A stretch of DNA of 64,000 nucleotides, from contig NC_086108.1 of the NCBI RefSeq assembly GCF_963921235.1, positions 31,560,001 through 31,624,000 on the forward strand. The letters are read 5' to 3'. The DNA comes from Mobula hypostoma. Taxonomy: Eukaryota. The notes under the pieces are model-generated. The model searched no databases and was not told the origin of the DNA. It saw only the letters and a list, made by a program, of their open reading frames with translations. Shown here piece by piece: positions 51,809 to 64,000 of the stretch. Each line of letters opens with the position of its first letter. The stretch's first letter is position 1. Both the position numbers and the translations under genes were made by a program.

Positions 51809-53589
51809 GCGCGTTTCTTCTCTCTTTGTTCATCTTTGTTATCTTCACCCCCTCCATTATCTGGTTCAACATCTTACCCACCAGCCCCTGTCTTACCCAT
51901 TCCTCTCACTACTACGCTCTGGCAATCTTTTTACTATACTCTCATCCGGAGGTGGGGCCTCGACCCAAATCATCAACTATCCCTTTGTCTCCGCAGATGC
52001 TGCTTGAATCACCAAGTTCTTCCAGAGTTTATTTTTTGTTGTATATTCCAGCATCTGTGGTCTCTTGTGTCTATGAAGCTCTTACCTTGTTGTGAAGCAC
52101 GCATTACGCTGCTGTCCAATATGATTATACACACAAATACTGAAGAAACAGCCTGTCGATTCTATTATTACATAGGGATTTAACAATGGCTGATGTCAGA
52201 CCTACTGTCAGGCCTGCACAGTCTGGTACCTCCCAGTCTCCACCCAGCTAACGGGAGTTACCTTCTACTCATTTCCAACTCATCACCTGCAGCCTATTTA
52301 AACCCAGCTCCCATCCACAGTCCTTGTTTACCCTCCAAAGCAGCCAGCCTCAACTATTTGCTCCTGGCCTTCAGTTACCTTGTTTCCTTGTTGCCTTAAG
52401 TATCCATTCTCCCTTATTTTGTGGCCCCTCGTGCCTTGTTATTTTGCAGTTTATTAGTAAAGTACCACTCATTGCTGAATTGTCTCCAGTGCTCTGCTCT
52501 TGGGTCAAGTCTCCACATTTCCTGACAAGATAGGTGAACCAACAACTAACCCGGTGGAGTATGCTTGCCTAAAGGAAATCAACCATTGACATGAGCATAC
52601 TATCCAGGAATAGCAAGAAACCATTGACCATCTGCTTCCCACTCACTTCCAACTCTCCATCTTGATACAGCAACCCTATGGCAGTCAACATAGACTCCCT
52701 CTGAGCACCGGATTCTGGTGCCCAAACGCTTCAATGGATCCCCAACCTGATGCCCCAGCTTCCCGTCTCGGTACATTTTACACTTTGAGCGCCAGCCATC
52801 TCTGTATTCTACAGACTGAGCCAAAGTTGCCTTCCTCACCTCTCTCTTGGCTGGGAGAGCTCTGACCTGGGCCATGGCTAACTGGGACAATAAAACCACC
52901 ATTTGCAATGAATATGAGGAATTCACTGCTGTGATGCACCAGGTTTTCGACCATCTGGGAAGTGGAAAGGAAACAGCGGATTGGATACTTCATCTGATCA
53001 AGGCTCACACTCAGAGCTGGAATACGCCGTGAGATTCCAGACCCCCACGGCGGAATGCAGATGGAATGCGGAAGTGCTGCCGGCCCATTATTAACACAGC
53101 CTGCTGGAGGGCTTGTAAAATGAGCTGTCTATCCAAGATGTGCACTGACATCGAAAGCCTCATCACTCTGGCCCTCCAATTGTGAAATATCTTGTGGAAC
53201 AACCCTTCAGGTTATCAGCCAGAATCCGAGATCTGTTCACAAAACGATTTCAGGCTGCAGGGCCATCGTCATCAATGCCCCTGGATCCTATGCAGTTAGG
53301 CGGAGCTCCTTTAACCCTCCAGGAGCGTGAGTGTTGGTGGAGAAAAAACTTGTGCATTTACTGTGAAGCGGCCAATCACCCATGCAACAGATGCCCACTA
53401 CATCCAGGAAATGGCACCACCAGGTAGAGACAAGGGACCTTCTACCTGGTTAGCTCCTCCCACCCTCCTGTTCTGACACCCACTCACTCTCCCCTCCTCA
53501 ACATCCCAATGGCTCTCTACACACAGGAGGCTCTGAGTCCCACTGCTGCACGAAACTTTCTGCACTCGACCCTGTGTGCGTAGGACTCC

Positions 53590-54870
53590 CCTTCTTTTCT
53601 TTTTCAATCTTTTTATTAAGTTTCAAAATTGATAAACATAACGATAATAGTAATGATACAAAGAGATCAGGATTAAATTAATAACGGTTAACATGTACAA
53701 ACACAGATTCCAAGTGACAAATATCGTTTAGCCTCCCAATCTCATAACAACTAACTATGAAAAAGATATTTTATAAAGGGGGGGAAAAACCCCAAACTAA
53801 AGAAAACTAAACAAAACAAACAAACAAACAAACAATGGGCTGTCATATTACAATAGCTGAAATTATTATTTGACGTTAACTCCGCTCCTCTATACATTAA
53901 CAAAAAATCATTACAAAAGATTCAGAAAGGGTCAACTTACATCATATGAAAATATTAAATAAATGGCCTCCAAGTCTCTTCAAATTTAACCGAAGGATCC
54001 ATAGTACTGCTCCTATTTTTTCCCAGGTTTAGGCATGCTATCATTTGGAAAAACCTTTGAAATGTAGTAGGGGGATTGGAATCTTTCCATTTAAGTAAAA
54101 TGGATCTTCTGGCTATTGATGTTACAAATGCAATTAGACAACACGCTGATGAGGATAAATGACTACAGTCTATCACTGGTAGTCCAAAAATTGCAGTAAT
54201 AGGATGTGGTTGTAAATCAATATGCAGAACTATTGAGATAATATCAAAAATATCTTTCCAGTATTTTTTAGAAGAGGACAAGACCAGAACATATGTGTCA
54301 AGGAAGCTACCTCGGAATTACATTTATCACAAACAGGATTTACATGGCAGTAAAAACGAGCTAACTTATCCTTGGACATGTGAGTGCTATGAACCACCTC
54401 AAATTGTATCAAAGCGTGTCTGGCACACACTGAAGAGGTATTAACTAGTTGAAGAATTTTCTCCCATTTCTCTGTAGGTCAAGGTATCTGAAGTTCTCTT
54501 TCCCACTCGTTCTTAATTTTATCGGCAGTACCTAGGCGTAATTTCATAATTAAATCATAAATAAAAGATATTAAACTCTTCTGATAGGGATTTAAACTTA
54601 AGATATTTTCCATAACTTCAATTTGATGTGATATCGGAAAGGTAGGTAAAATAACATTCAGAAAGTTTCTAATCTGTAAATATCTGAAAAAGTGTGACCT
54701 AGGCAAATTATATTTTTTAGACAACTGTTCAAAAGACATAAAACAATCATCTATAAATAAATAAATCATGAAAATATGTTATTCCCTTTGTTTTCCATAA
54801 AAGAAAAGCTTGATCAATTCTAGATGGTTGAAAGAAAAAATTAGATATAATAGAGCTTGACAGGATAAAG
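53590..54870 (-). mobile_element. L1 LINE 3' fragment
   Basis: FFRYLQIRNF and CDKC..SLTHMFWSC zinc finger; AATAAA and A-rich tail near 53593-53618. Confidence 0.85.
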
Positions 54871-55584
54871 GACTTCCTACCAAGCCTACCTCTCACTCCT
54901 TCTGCATCATAGCCATTGACAGATGCCCCTTGGGTCTGGAAAGGTCAGAGCATGCACAAAGCCGGTGCACAAGCATCAGACAGCACTATGAGTCTATTCA
55001 ATTCCTCTTTATTCACTCACCCAGCACTCCTCTTATCTTGGGTTATTCCTGACTCTCCAGCTACAAACCTCACTTCGTCAGCTCATCAGGTTCACTGCTG
55101 ATTTGGGCACCCACCTGCCACACCATCTGCATGCAACCTCGATGGACGTCACCTCACAAATCCACGTAGACAGAGGAAACTCCCTCAGGAATACCATGAC
55201 TTAGCCAACGCTTTCAATTAAAGGAAAGCTAGCACCCAGCCGCCTCACAGATCACATGATCAGTCTCCTCCCTGAGGCCATCTGTTCTCCCTCTCCCCTC
55301 CCAGGACCCAAGCCATGAATGGCTACATCATCAAAGCTCTGCAGAACAGCTACATTCATCCATACAGTCCCCAGCCAGTACAGGATGCTTCTTTGTCAAA
55401 ACTAAAGATAGGGGTCTTCAGCACTGTATTGACATTCATGAACTCAACAAAATCACCACTAAGAACAGCTGCCCTCACCCCTTGATGAATAACTCATCCA
55501 TGAGGCCCAGACCTTCACTAGACTGGATTTACAGAATGTGTACAACTTGATCTGCATCTACTGGGGGATGAGTGGAAGATGGTG

Positions 55585-56255
55585 TAAAGAGGGGAGGAGA
55601 AGATGGCGGCACGCGCAGCCGCTCTGAAATGATATCGTATTTGTAAGTAGGTACCGTGCACAATTCTGATTTGATGGAGACAGATGTGAGAAGCACAGAG
55701 GAACATCTGGAGAAACTTCTGAAATGCCTGCTTCACTGCCATTGCTACTGTGCGATCGAGAATCTCCAGAGGAGAAGGCCCCAAATCCTCGGATTTGTTT
55801 ATTGCCTGTTGCCGTGGCCAGGGTCGAGGCGCTCGGCAGAGGTGGTGCTCGGTGCTCGGTGTCGGAGGCTCGGAGTTTTCGGACGGACTCAAGAGTCGGC
55901 TGTGGTCGGGCGCTTCATCGGCAAGTTTGCGGTGCTGGAGGTTCATGGCAGGAAGAGAGTTTCTCTTCCTTCTACCGTCTGCGTGAGATGATGGGACTTT
56001 CGAGAGACTTTAATACTTCTTTTTACCATGCCCATGGTCTGTTCTTTATCAAATTACGGTATTGCTTTGCACTGTCGTAATTATATGTTATAATTATGTG
56101 GTTTTTGTCAGTTTTTTTTAGTCTTGGTTTGTCTTGTGTTTCTGTGATATCATTCTGGAGGAACATTGTATCATTTCTTAATGCATGCATTACTAAATGA
56201 CAATAAAAGAGGACTGTGTGTCCTCATAATCTAATCTAATCTAATCTAATAATCT
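55585..56255 (+). mobile_element. Non-autonomous non-LTR element (GC-rich 5' end, AATAAA, (TAATC)n tail) inserted in the Gypsy RT
   Basis: Splits the RT between GDEWKM and the YLAMPF motif; tandem 5-mer tail. Confidence 0.65.
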
Positions 56256-57215
56256 AATACTGGCTACTGTGAATACTTAGCAATGCCCTTCAGAATTTCC
56301 AGCAATCCAGCAATTTGCCAAGCCTTCGTCAATGAGATCCTCCAAGATATGCTACATAGGTATGTATTTGTCTATCTTGACAATATTCTCATCTTCTCCA
56401 AGGACTCTGAAGACCACAGCAGTCACGTCAGTCCAGTCCCTCAGGGTCTTCTCAGAAACCAGCTGTAGTGCATTAGGAAAATGCCAGTTCCATACCCAAG
56501 TCATTTCCTTCCTGGATTATGTCCTTTCACTCCAAGGCATAATCATGGACCCAGAGAAAGCACATTCCATCACTGAATGGTCCCCACTGTGTTCTCTCAA
56601 ACAGCTACAGCGCTTCTTGGGCCTCTCCAAATTCTACCGCCATTCCATCAGGAACTACAGCCAAATCACTGTTCCTCCTACTTCCCTCACCAAGTCACCT
56701 ACCTCACGGATAACCCGGACTGCTGTTGCAGACCACACTTTCGAGGAGCTCAAGGTAGGCATCATCACCATTCCCATTCTCAATCATCCAAACCCCTCTA
56801 GACATTCAGTGGTAGAGGTGGACACATCCGACGTGAACGCCAGGGCCACCCTCTCCCAGCAAGGACCGGCTGGGAAGACACACCCATGTGCTACCTTCTC
56901 ACGTGAAGTTCAGCTCTACACAGCACCATTATGGAGTAGGAGACAGGGAGCTACGTCATTAATGGGCCTTGGAGGAATAGAGGCATTGGCTTATATGAAA
57001 CACCAAGCCCTTCCTGATCTGGACTGACCACCACACGCTCATCACCATGCAACAGACCCACCAACTCTACCCCCGTCAGGTTTGCTGGGACCTCTTCTTC
57101 CAGCAATTCAACTTCACCATCTCCTACTGACCTGGCTCCAAGAACACTGAGGTGGACGCCCTGTCATGACAGTCGACGCAGCTGAAACGGAGACTGACCC
57201 TCAGCCCATCATTCC

Positions 57216-58495
57216 AAAATCAGATTCGAGCAATATCACTGGCATATGTTGTGAAATTTGTTGCTTTGTGGCAGCAGTACATTACAATATACAATAATAA
57301 TAAAACTATAAATTGCACTATATATATTTAAAAATTGGATTAAATAAGTAGAACAGAAAGATTTAAAAAATACTGTGTGATCCAATGCCGATTGGAGAGC
57401 CAGTGAGGATGCATCAACTGTAGTCCTATTGTGACATAGACAGCAAGGTGCAAGGCCATAACAAGGTATATTGTGAGGTCATCTTATCATACTAGGGGAC
57501 CGTTCAGTAGTCTTATAACAGTGGATATAAGCTGTCCTTGAAAATGGCTGTACAAGTTTTCAGACATCTGTATCTTCTTACTGAAGTAGAGAGAAGTATA
57601 GACAAAGTCCATGTGAGAGAGATTAGTTTCTGTGATGTACTGAGCTGTGTCTACAACTCTGTCCAGTTTCTTGCAGAGTAATTGCCACACCAATCCATGG
57701 AGCACCCACATAGGATGCGTTCTATAGTGCATAGATAAAAATTGGTGAGGATCAAAAGGGACATGCCAACTTTCTTTAGCTGCTAGAGGAAGTAGGGATA
57801 CCGGTGAGCTTTCTTGGCCCTGGCTTCTATGAGGTTGGTCCAGGACACGTTTTGCTGATGTTCACTCTCAGGAACTTGAGGGTTTCAATCCCCTCAACTT
57901 CAGCATTGCTGATGTAAACAGGAACTTGCGACCCACTTCTTGAAGTCAATGACCAGCTCTTTTGTTTCTCTGACATTGAGGGAAAGTTTGCTGTCAAGAC
58001 ACCAAGCCACTAGCCCCTCGATTTCCCTCCTAAACTCTAATTCATCATTATTTAAGATACGACCAACTGTGGTAGCACCACCTGTAAACTCGTAGATGGA
58101 GCTGGAGCAGAACCTGGCCACGCAGCCATGAGTGTATGGGGCTGAGAACGCAGCCTTGTGGGGCACCAGTGTTGAAGATTATCATTGCTGCCCAGCTTTA
58201 CTGATTGCAGTCTGTAGGTGAGGAAGTTAAAGATCCATTTGCAAAGGGAGATGTTAAGTCCGAGATCTATGAGTTTGCTTGCAATGATAGCATTGAAGAC
58301 AGAGCTGTAGTCAATAAGAGAGTAGTCTAACATTGAAGCCTTCACTGTACAGATGCACCTGAGATGAGAACAGGGCGAAGAAGATGGCATCTGCTGCAGA
58401 CCTTTTTCAGCAATAGGCAAATTGCAGTGGGTCAAGGTTGCCAGGATGCCAAAGTTGATGTGTGCTATGACCAGCCCCTCAAAGCAACTCATGAT
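57216..58495 (-). mobile_element. Degenerate Rex1/Babar LINE
   Basis: IDYSSVFNAII..LCKWIFNFLT; LSLNVRETKELVIDF. Confidence 0.8.
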
Positions 58496-58859
58496 TTGAA
58501 TCTTCAAATTATACTTCAAAGAACTTCAAATTATACTTTATTGCGAAAGTCTTTGAAAATACATAATTCAGTAAATTGGATCATTTCAGCTTTTGTACTG
58601 CCTTTCTCTGTGCATTTGCAGGCTTTGAAGTATGCATTAAATGTCAAACCAACAGGTTAGCTACTGCCCACAGCTGCCCAGCACTGTTCCAGAGAGTTGA
58701 GTCACAAGAGAGCGATTAGACTGATATCAACCTTTGGTCTGGATATTCAGCACGTTACTCTCAAATCGAACCTAGCAGCTAGCTGCACAGACGGAGGTCA
58801 CGTGGGGGAAAATTAGCAAGAATGCTGTTAGGTCTCAAATGGAAAGGTGTAAAGATTAT

Positions 58860-60780
58860 GACTGGTGTCAGTTAGCAAGAACAGTTTCAATCGAGAGGTT
58901 TAAGCACCTGGGAATAAACCTGGGAAAATTATTTTTCTCTAGTTTTATTTCAATTGTTTCCTCCACCAGGCAGTCCCAAAAGCCATTAGAATGGCACAGT
59001 AGTTTTCTGCCATCGAAGTCAATCCTATGGCCATCACGTTTGCAATGTTCTGCTACAACCGATTTTCCCGGGTAACCCAAACAGATACACCTCTTATGCT
59101 CCTTGATGCAGGTTTCTACCATGCGCCCTACCTGGCTGATATATGCTACTCCACATTCACAAGAATTCCTGTAAGTGCCATGCATCCTGAGCCCCAGGTC
59201 ATCTTTGACCCGACAAGTCCCAATTTCAGCTTCCTTGTGAGTTTGTGGATAACATTAATCCGGTATTTCTTCAGGATCCAGGCGATCCTTCCAGGAACCA
59301 GGGAAATATAGGGAAGACAGGGCGAGCGACCGGTTCCTCCTCATTGCTAAGTTTCCTGGTATTTTTCTGTCGGCCCTTTTAAGGGCCTGATTGATCTCCT
59401 TCACCTTGTAGCTATTCTGTAAGAATGTCGTGCACAAGGACCACTTGGTGAAGGAAGCCTTTGAAAAAGAAACTAGAGAAAAAGAATTTCACCCAAGACA
59501 AAGATCTCACTCTGTCATGGTCCTGATCAGTTATTCCCTGGGTCCCTTTAAATTTACTTTTTGTCCACTCAGGACCATTGACTCCTTGTTTTCCTTAATT
59601 CATTGTTTCCTTGTGTTTCTTGGGCTCTGTAATTAAAGGCACTTGAGTCTCAGCTGAACGAGCAGTATTTAGTGTCGGGTTCACAGCTCCTCGGTGCTAG
59701 ATCGTCATCGGATGTCACCGAAGCAAGTGCGAGAAAGTCACCCTGCCGGAACGAGCCAAATTACTTTGCCGGAGCTACTCAAGTCTTCTCCCCGAAGAGA
59801 GTGCCAGTAAGTCGCCCCTCCTCACTGGAGCCAGCCTGTTAAGTTACCGCACCTGATCGAGCCGCTAAGCTACCTTGCCGGGGCAGGTCCGTCAGGTTAA
59901 CCCACCGGAGTGAGACTAGAGCTGCTGTCTGTAGTTTCTGGGCCATGTCAAGGACTTGCCACTACTTGGAGCCATTTCGTGTCAAGGTATGAACTGTCTA
60001 TCGTTGTTTGGTACCATCTCTTCGTGTCCTCGTCTCTGCTGGGTAGGTCCGGCCGTATGCCGCTACCTTGAGCGAGGAACTGTCTCTTCGTGTTCTCGTC
60101 TCCACTGAGTAGGTCCAGCCGTTTGCCGCTACTCTGTCTCTCAGTTTTCTGCGTCCTGTGTCTAAAAGAAGAGTCCTGGCTCTATGTCCTGTACCCACGG
60201 AGAAGTCCTGGCTCAGTGTTCTGTGTCCTGTGTCTAAGAAAGATCCAGGCTTCGATGTTCCAAGTTCCAAGTCCAGGTTTCAGATGTTCCGAGTTCCAAG
60301 TCCAGCTCTGGTGTTCCGAGTTCCAAGTCTGGATCCCGAGTTCCATGTTCCGAGTTCCAAGTCCGGATCCTGAGTTCCATGTTTGGAGTTCCAAACCCAA
60401 GTCTGAGTCTAGCCACGCTTATTCCAGCTTCTGTTTTGCTCACTCCTTGATCTCCCTCTGAACAATCCTTGCTTCCCTGCTTCCCTGGTAACGATTAATA
60501 AGTTCTATTCTTGTTAACGCTACAAGAAGTGTTTGTGTCCTGCTTTTGGGTCCACCCGTGCTCCTCTCTTGTTACACACTCTAAGAACTGGAATTTGTAA
60601 ACAAAGTGGAAGCGCAGACACCTGATTGAATGAAAACTAACCAATCAGGAAGGACGGATGACAGCGGTATGTATACCACCAGTTCTAGACATGCCTAGGC
60701 ATAATCCCTCATGAAGAAGGCAGAGCTTGCATCAAACATCAGTTAAAATCAATACCTAGAAGCCCGAGAAAAGTTTACTC
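58860..60780. mobile_element. Penelope-like GIY-YIG fragment (minus 58868-59435) plus inverted 3' end (plus), split by a solo LTR
   Basis: GTYRNSCECGVAYISQ..IKEHKR..SVVAEHC; decayed hammerhead-like tail near 60705-60745. Confidence 0.7.
59513..60576 (+). mobile_element. Solo LTR (1064 bp) with internal tandem repeats
   Basis: TGT...ACA termini, 5-bp TSD CACTC; GTTCCGAGTTCCAAGTCC-type array at about 60250-60400. Confidence 0.85.
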
Positions 60781-62269
60781 ATTGAGGAAGCAGTTTTGGG
60801 AAAGTCACCTCCTATATGGCACTTCGTGAAATCCCCATAAAAGCATGCAAAACTTCTCATTTGAGAATGATTTAAATACTGTGAAAGCCGGTATATTCAT
60901 GATTCTGAGCACAATTCTTCATATTTCTCTTTAACTTGAGTGTAATTGATCATTATAGTTAGTCTGTACACAACAAGATAATGAGTAACAAATATTAACA
61001 ACTGTTGGTCCTTATCAAGAGGAAGATCATTGTTGGTTATAGGCAATTCATGTCATTCAGATCACACGCAAGGCATCTAGTTTTATTTCACATCAAATTC
61101 AGGTCCACATGAAAATCTTTTTTTTTGATGAGAACAGGAATCTTGAAAAAGAAGCAAGCTGAAATAGCTCACTGTTTGATCACAACTGTGATAATGCACT
61201 CAACAGTTTTAGCTAAGAGTACATTAGGGCATATTAGTAACCTTCTGAAAGATAGGGAGGTATGTTAGTGAAGAGCAGATGAATTTAATGTGCTGAATCA
61301 CAAAAGAAACTACTTCCTGGGTAACATGCCCCAAAGGTCTTGGAGCTTAGGAGACTAAACTATGGCTGTCAACCATGAGGGAAAGAGAGAGAGAAGTTTT
61401 TCTCAAAGTTGGGAGGAAGGTTTCTCCTAAAGTCCAGAATGAGGTGGGAAGGACAAGGAAACTGGCCAAAGGAAGAGCATGTGAGCAGCCAGTGATGATG
61501 AAAGAGCAAACAATAAGACCCATGTCAGAGGAGTTCGGTGTGGCTTTGCAGCAGGAGGTAGAACATTACTGTGGGAGGCCATTGATATGTCACAGCCTTA
61601 TTTTTGTGTGAGGTCACATATCTGAGCTGGGAGAAAATGAGAAGATGGACATACAAACCTCTGTTCTTATACATGCAGGAGTCTCACCACATCCAATGAG
61701 GTGAAGCATCTGAAGGGCTGGAAGAGGGAGGCCAACTAACAGATAGTTGGAGAAAACGAGCTTCATGATTTTGATGGTATAGAATAAGATTTCGATGGCA
61801 GAGGGGTACAGTGAAGGAGACAAGGAGAGAAATGGGGTAATACCGCAATAATGAGTTTGGCAACTACTTTGGGGTGAAGCCGTGAATGAATCGTGTTCAA
61901 AGTTATCCCAGTCTTTTCTTCAGCTGAAATGGCACTGTAGAGTTTCAATGGACTGACGATCAAAGGTGCTAGAAAGACTGAGAAGCAATGATTTATAAAG
62001 TGCAAAGATAATGGGAATAAAGAGAGAAAAAGCTGGAAGTACTCAACAGGTCAGGTAGCATTAATGAAGAGTGATACAGAGTTACCACTTCAACTTGGTC
62101 ATCTTTCATCAAATAAAGAATGTTACAATATCAAGCATATTTTGCTAGTGAAACACCAGGAAGACCCCTGGAATTTGTCCCAGAGGTTTAGCTCTCACAG
62201 GTTCACCATTAAGCAATGAATTCAAAAGACTGAGTTAAACAATGGGAAAGGGGAGAGCTCCACACCATT

Positions 62270-62945
62270 TAAAGTTTAGAGTTCAAAGTAAATTTATTAT
62301 TAAGGTGCATATATGTCACCATATACTCTCCTGAGATTTATTTTCTTGCAGGCATTTACAGTGGAACAAAGAAATGTTATAGAATCAATAAAACACTACA
62401 CACACACAAAGACTGACAAACAACTAATGTGCAAAAGAAAGCAAACTGTGCAAATACAAAAATAAATAAATATATATAGAACTATTGAGAACATGAATTG
62501 TTGAGTCCTGGAAGGTGAGTCTGTAAGTTGCAGGATCTGTTCAGCATTGAGGTGAGTGAAGTTATCCACATTGGTTCAGGAGCCCGATGGTAGAAGGGTA
62601 ATAACTATTCCTAGACCTGGTGTTTTGTGACCCAGGGCTTCTTTAACTACTTCCTGATGGCAACATTAAGAAGAGATCATGGCCTGGATGGTGAGGGTCT
62701 TTGATGATGGATGTTGTTATCTTGTGACAGCACTCTTTGTAGATGTGCTCCATAGTGGGGAGAGCTTTTCCTATGATGGACTGGGCTGCATCCATCACTT
62801 TTGGTAGGATTTTCCATACTTCGGCATTGGTGCTCCCAAACCAAGCCGTGATGCAACCAGTCAGGAAACTCTCCACTGTGCTTCCATAGAAGTTTGTGGA
62901 AGTTTTAGATGCCATACTGAATCTACACAAACTTCTAATGATGTA
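62270..62945 (-). mobile_element. Rex1/Babar LINE 3' fragment
   Basis: TVESFLTGCITAWFG..IIKDPHHPGHDLFLMLPSG. Confidence 0.8.
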
Positions 62946-63692
62946 GGAGTCTGAAGTGATTCTCTGAAGTAGGGCTAATCATCTTGAATATGTACAAGAA
63001 CCTAATTATCTCCTTCCATTATTAAAAGCTGAACTTTACGGCTATAAAATTCCATGCAAAATCCAACATGCATGAGGCAGACATTGAACCCATTTGCAGT
63101 CTTTCATCTCCAATTCTTGACTGACTTAATCCTTCTATAGCACTCAGACAGGGTTACCTGCAGATTGCCTGTTCACCAAATCCACCGAAAAAGTGGTCAG
63201 TCTGCCCTCCCCACTACTGCTGCTGCTGAGAATTGAAATCCCTCTCCCCTCAGTCCTGACAAACTCCAGCTCCTCATTTAACCAGTCTTTATTCAGGTGT
63301 AAACTTTGACCAGCTACTCAACCACAGATGACACTACACAATATGCCATCCATTCCTCACATGGCATCCACACCTCTACATCAGCAGTGTGGTCCCAGGG
63401 CAATTTTCCCTGCTTTAGTGAGGCTCAAGTTACTGAACTTCAATCCTGCCTGTTGTGGCCAATTCCTGCAAAATCCATATGGAGCCAAGGTCTAACCTTT
63501 ACTTCCTTCTGAACTGAGCGCCTTAGATGTTCATTGGATGAACTCATTGACATCTTAAAAGTATTTAGTGGAAGAAAGTACAATTTATTTACTGTTCCCT
63601 TGCAACCTATACTGTGAAAATTACCTTTGTATAATGGATCCCCAGCGGCAACCAAACGGAACAGTTTCAATTTGAGTGTGGGGCCACGCATC

Positions 63693-63858
63693 TTCATCAT
63701 CATCACCATTACGTGCTGTGTCGTATGACGGGTGGGCAATCATGGTCATTTTTTGATCATGATTGTTCTTGGTAAATTTTTCTACAGCAGTGGTTTGCCA
63801 TTGCCACCTTCTGAGCAGTGTCTTTACAAGACGGGTGATCCCCAGCCATTATCAATCT
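63693..63858 (-). mobile_element. RTE-related SINE 3' portion
   Basis: Minus strand AATGGCAAACCAC motif and (GAT)n tail. Confidence 0.5.
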
Positions 63859-64000
63859 TCATAGATCTTCTAATTAGCTTCCCTGTACAAGACAAATATA
63901 ATTAATTCCTTCTAATAAGGAACACTGTCAAACTCACTACAACAACAATTTAACACAGGCAGTACAGAAATCTCTCGGCAGGCAGCTGTTGCTAGTTTTA

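Larger units (their letters stand above)
52190..57215 (+). mobile_element. Degenerate Gypsy (Sushi-like) retrotransposon: 5' LTR, gag, pol; interrupted by L1 and another non-LTR element
   Basis: gag LAGRALTWA..HQVFDH, PMQLG, CIYCEAANHPCNRC knuckle; RT GDEWKM / YLAMPF..VYLDNILIFS; RNase H VEVDTSD. Confidence 0.85.

Noticed and set aside
52600..53430. Gag similar to domesticated PEG10/RTL genes
   Set aside because: Multiple stops and frameshifts; an ordinary decayed Gypsy element.
60000..60410. Tandem repeats and overlapping repetitive ORFs that could suggest a CRISPR-like array or repeat protein
   Set aside because: They lie within a solo LTR, with no unique spacers, in a eukaryotic context.

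Overview
Vertebrate genomic DNA, almost certainly from a cartilaginous fish (ray, skate or shark). The evidence is CR1/HER1-type LINE tails, V-SINEs and Penelope-like elements. Most of the window is transposon debris: CR1, Rex1/Babar, L1, RTE, Penelope, Gypsy internal regions and solo LTRs, and hAT MITEs. Embedded on the minus strand is a tandem Fas-ligand family locus with three parts. (1) An intact 4-exon FASLG (13463-9007, 245 aa). (2) An intact, divergent FASLG-like paralog with nearly identical exon sizes (43521-41817, 243 aa), a GC-AG intron, and a sense-strand minimal hammerhead ribozyme in intron 3. (3) An intact orphan FASLG-type first exon (50273-50082) with a transmembrane helix, a canonical donor and an Ets-IRF promoter element, but no TNF-domain exon of its own. 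It may be an alternative first exon or a relic of a third paralog. Exon boundaries and identities were read by hand; transposon boundaries are approximate.
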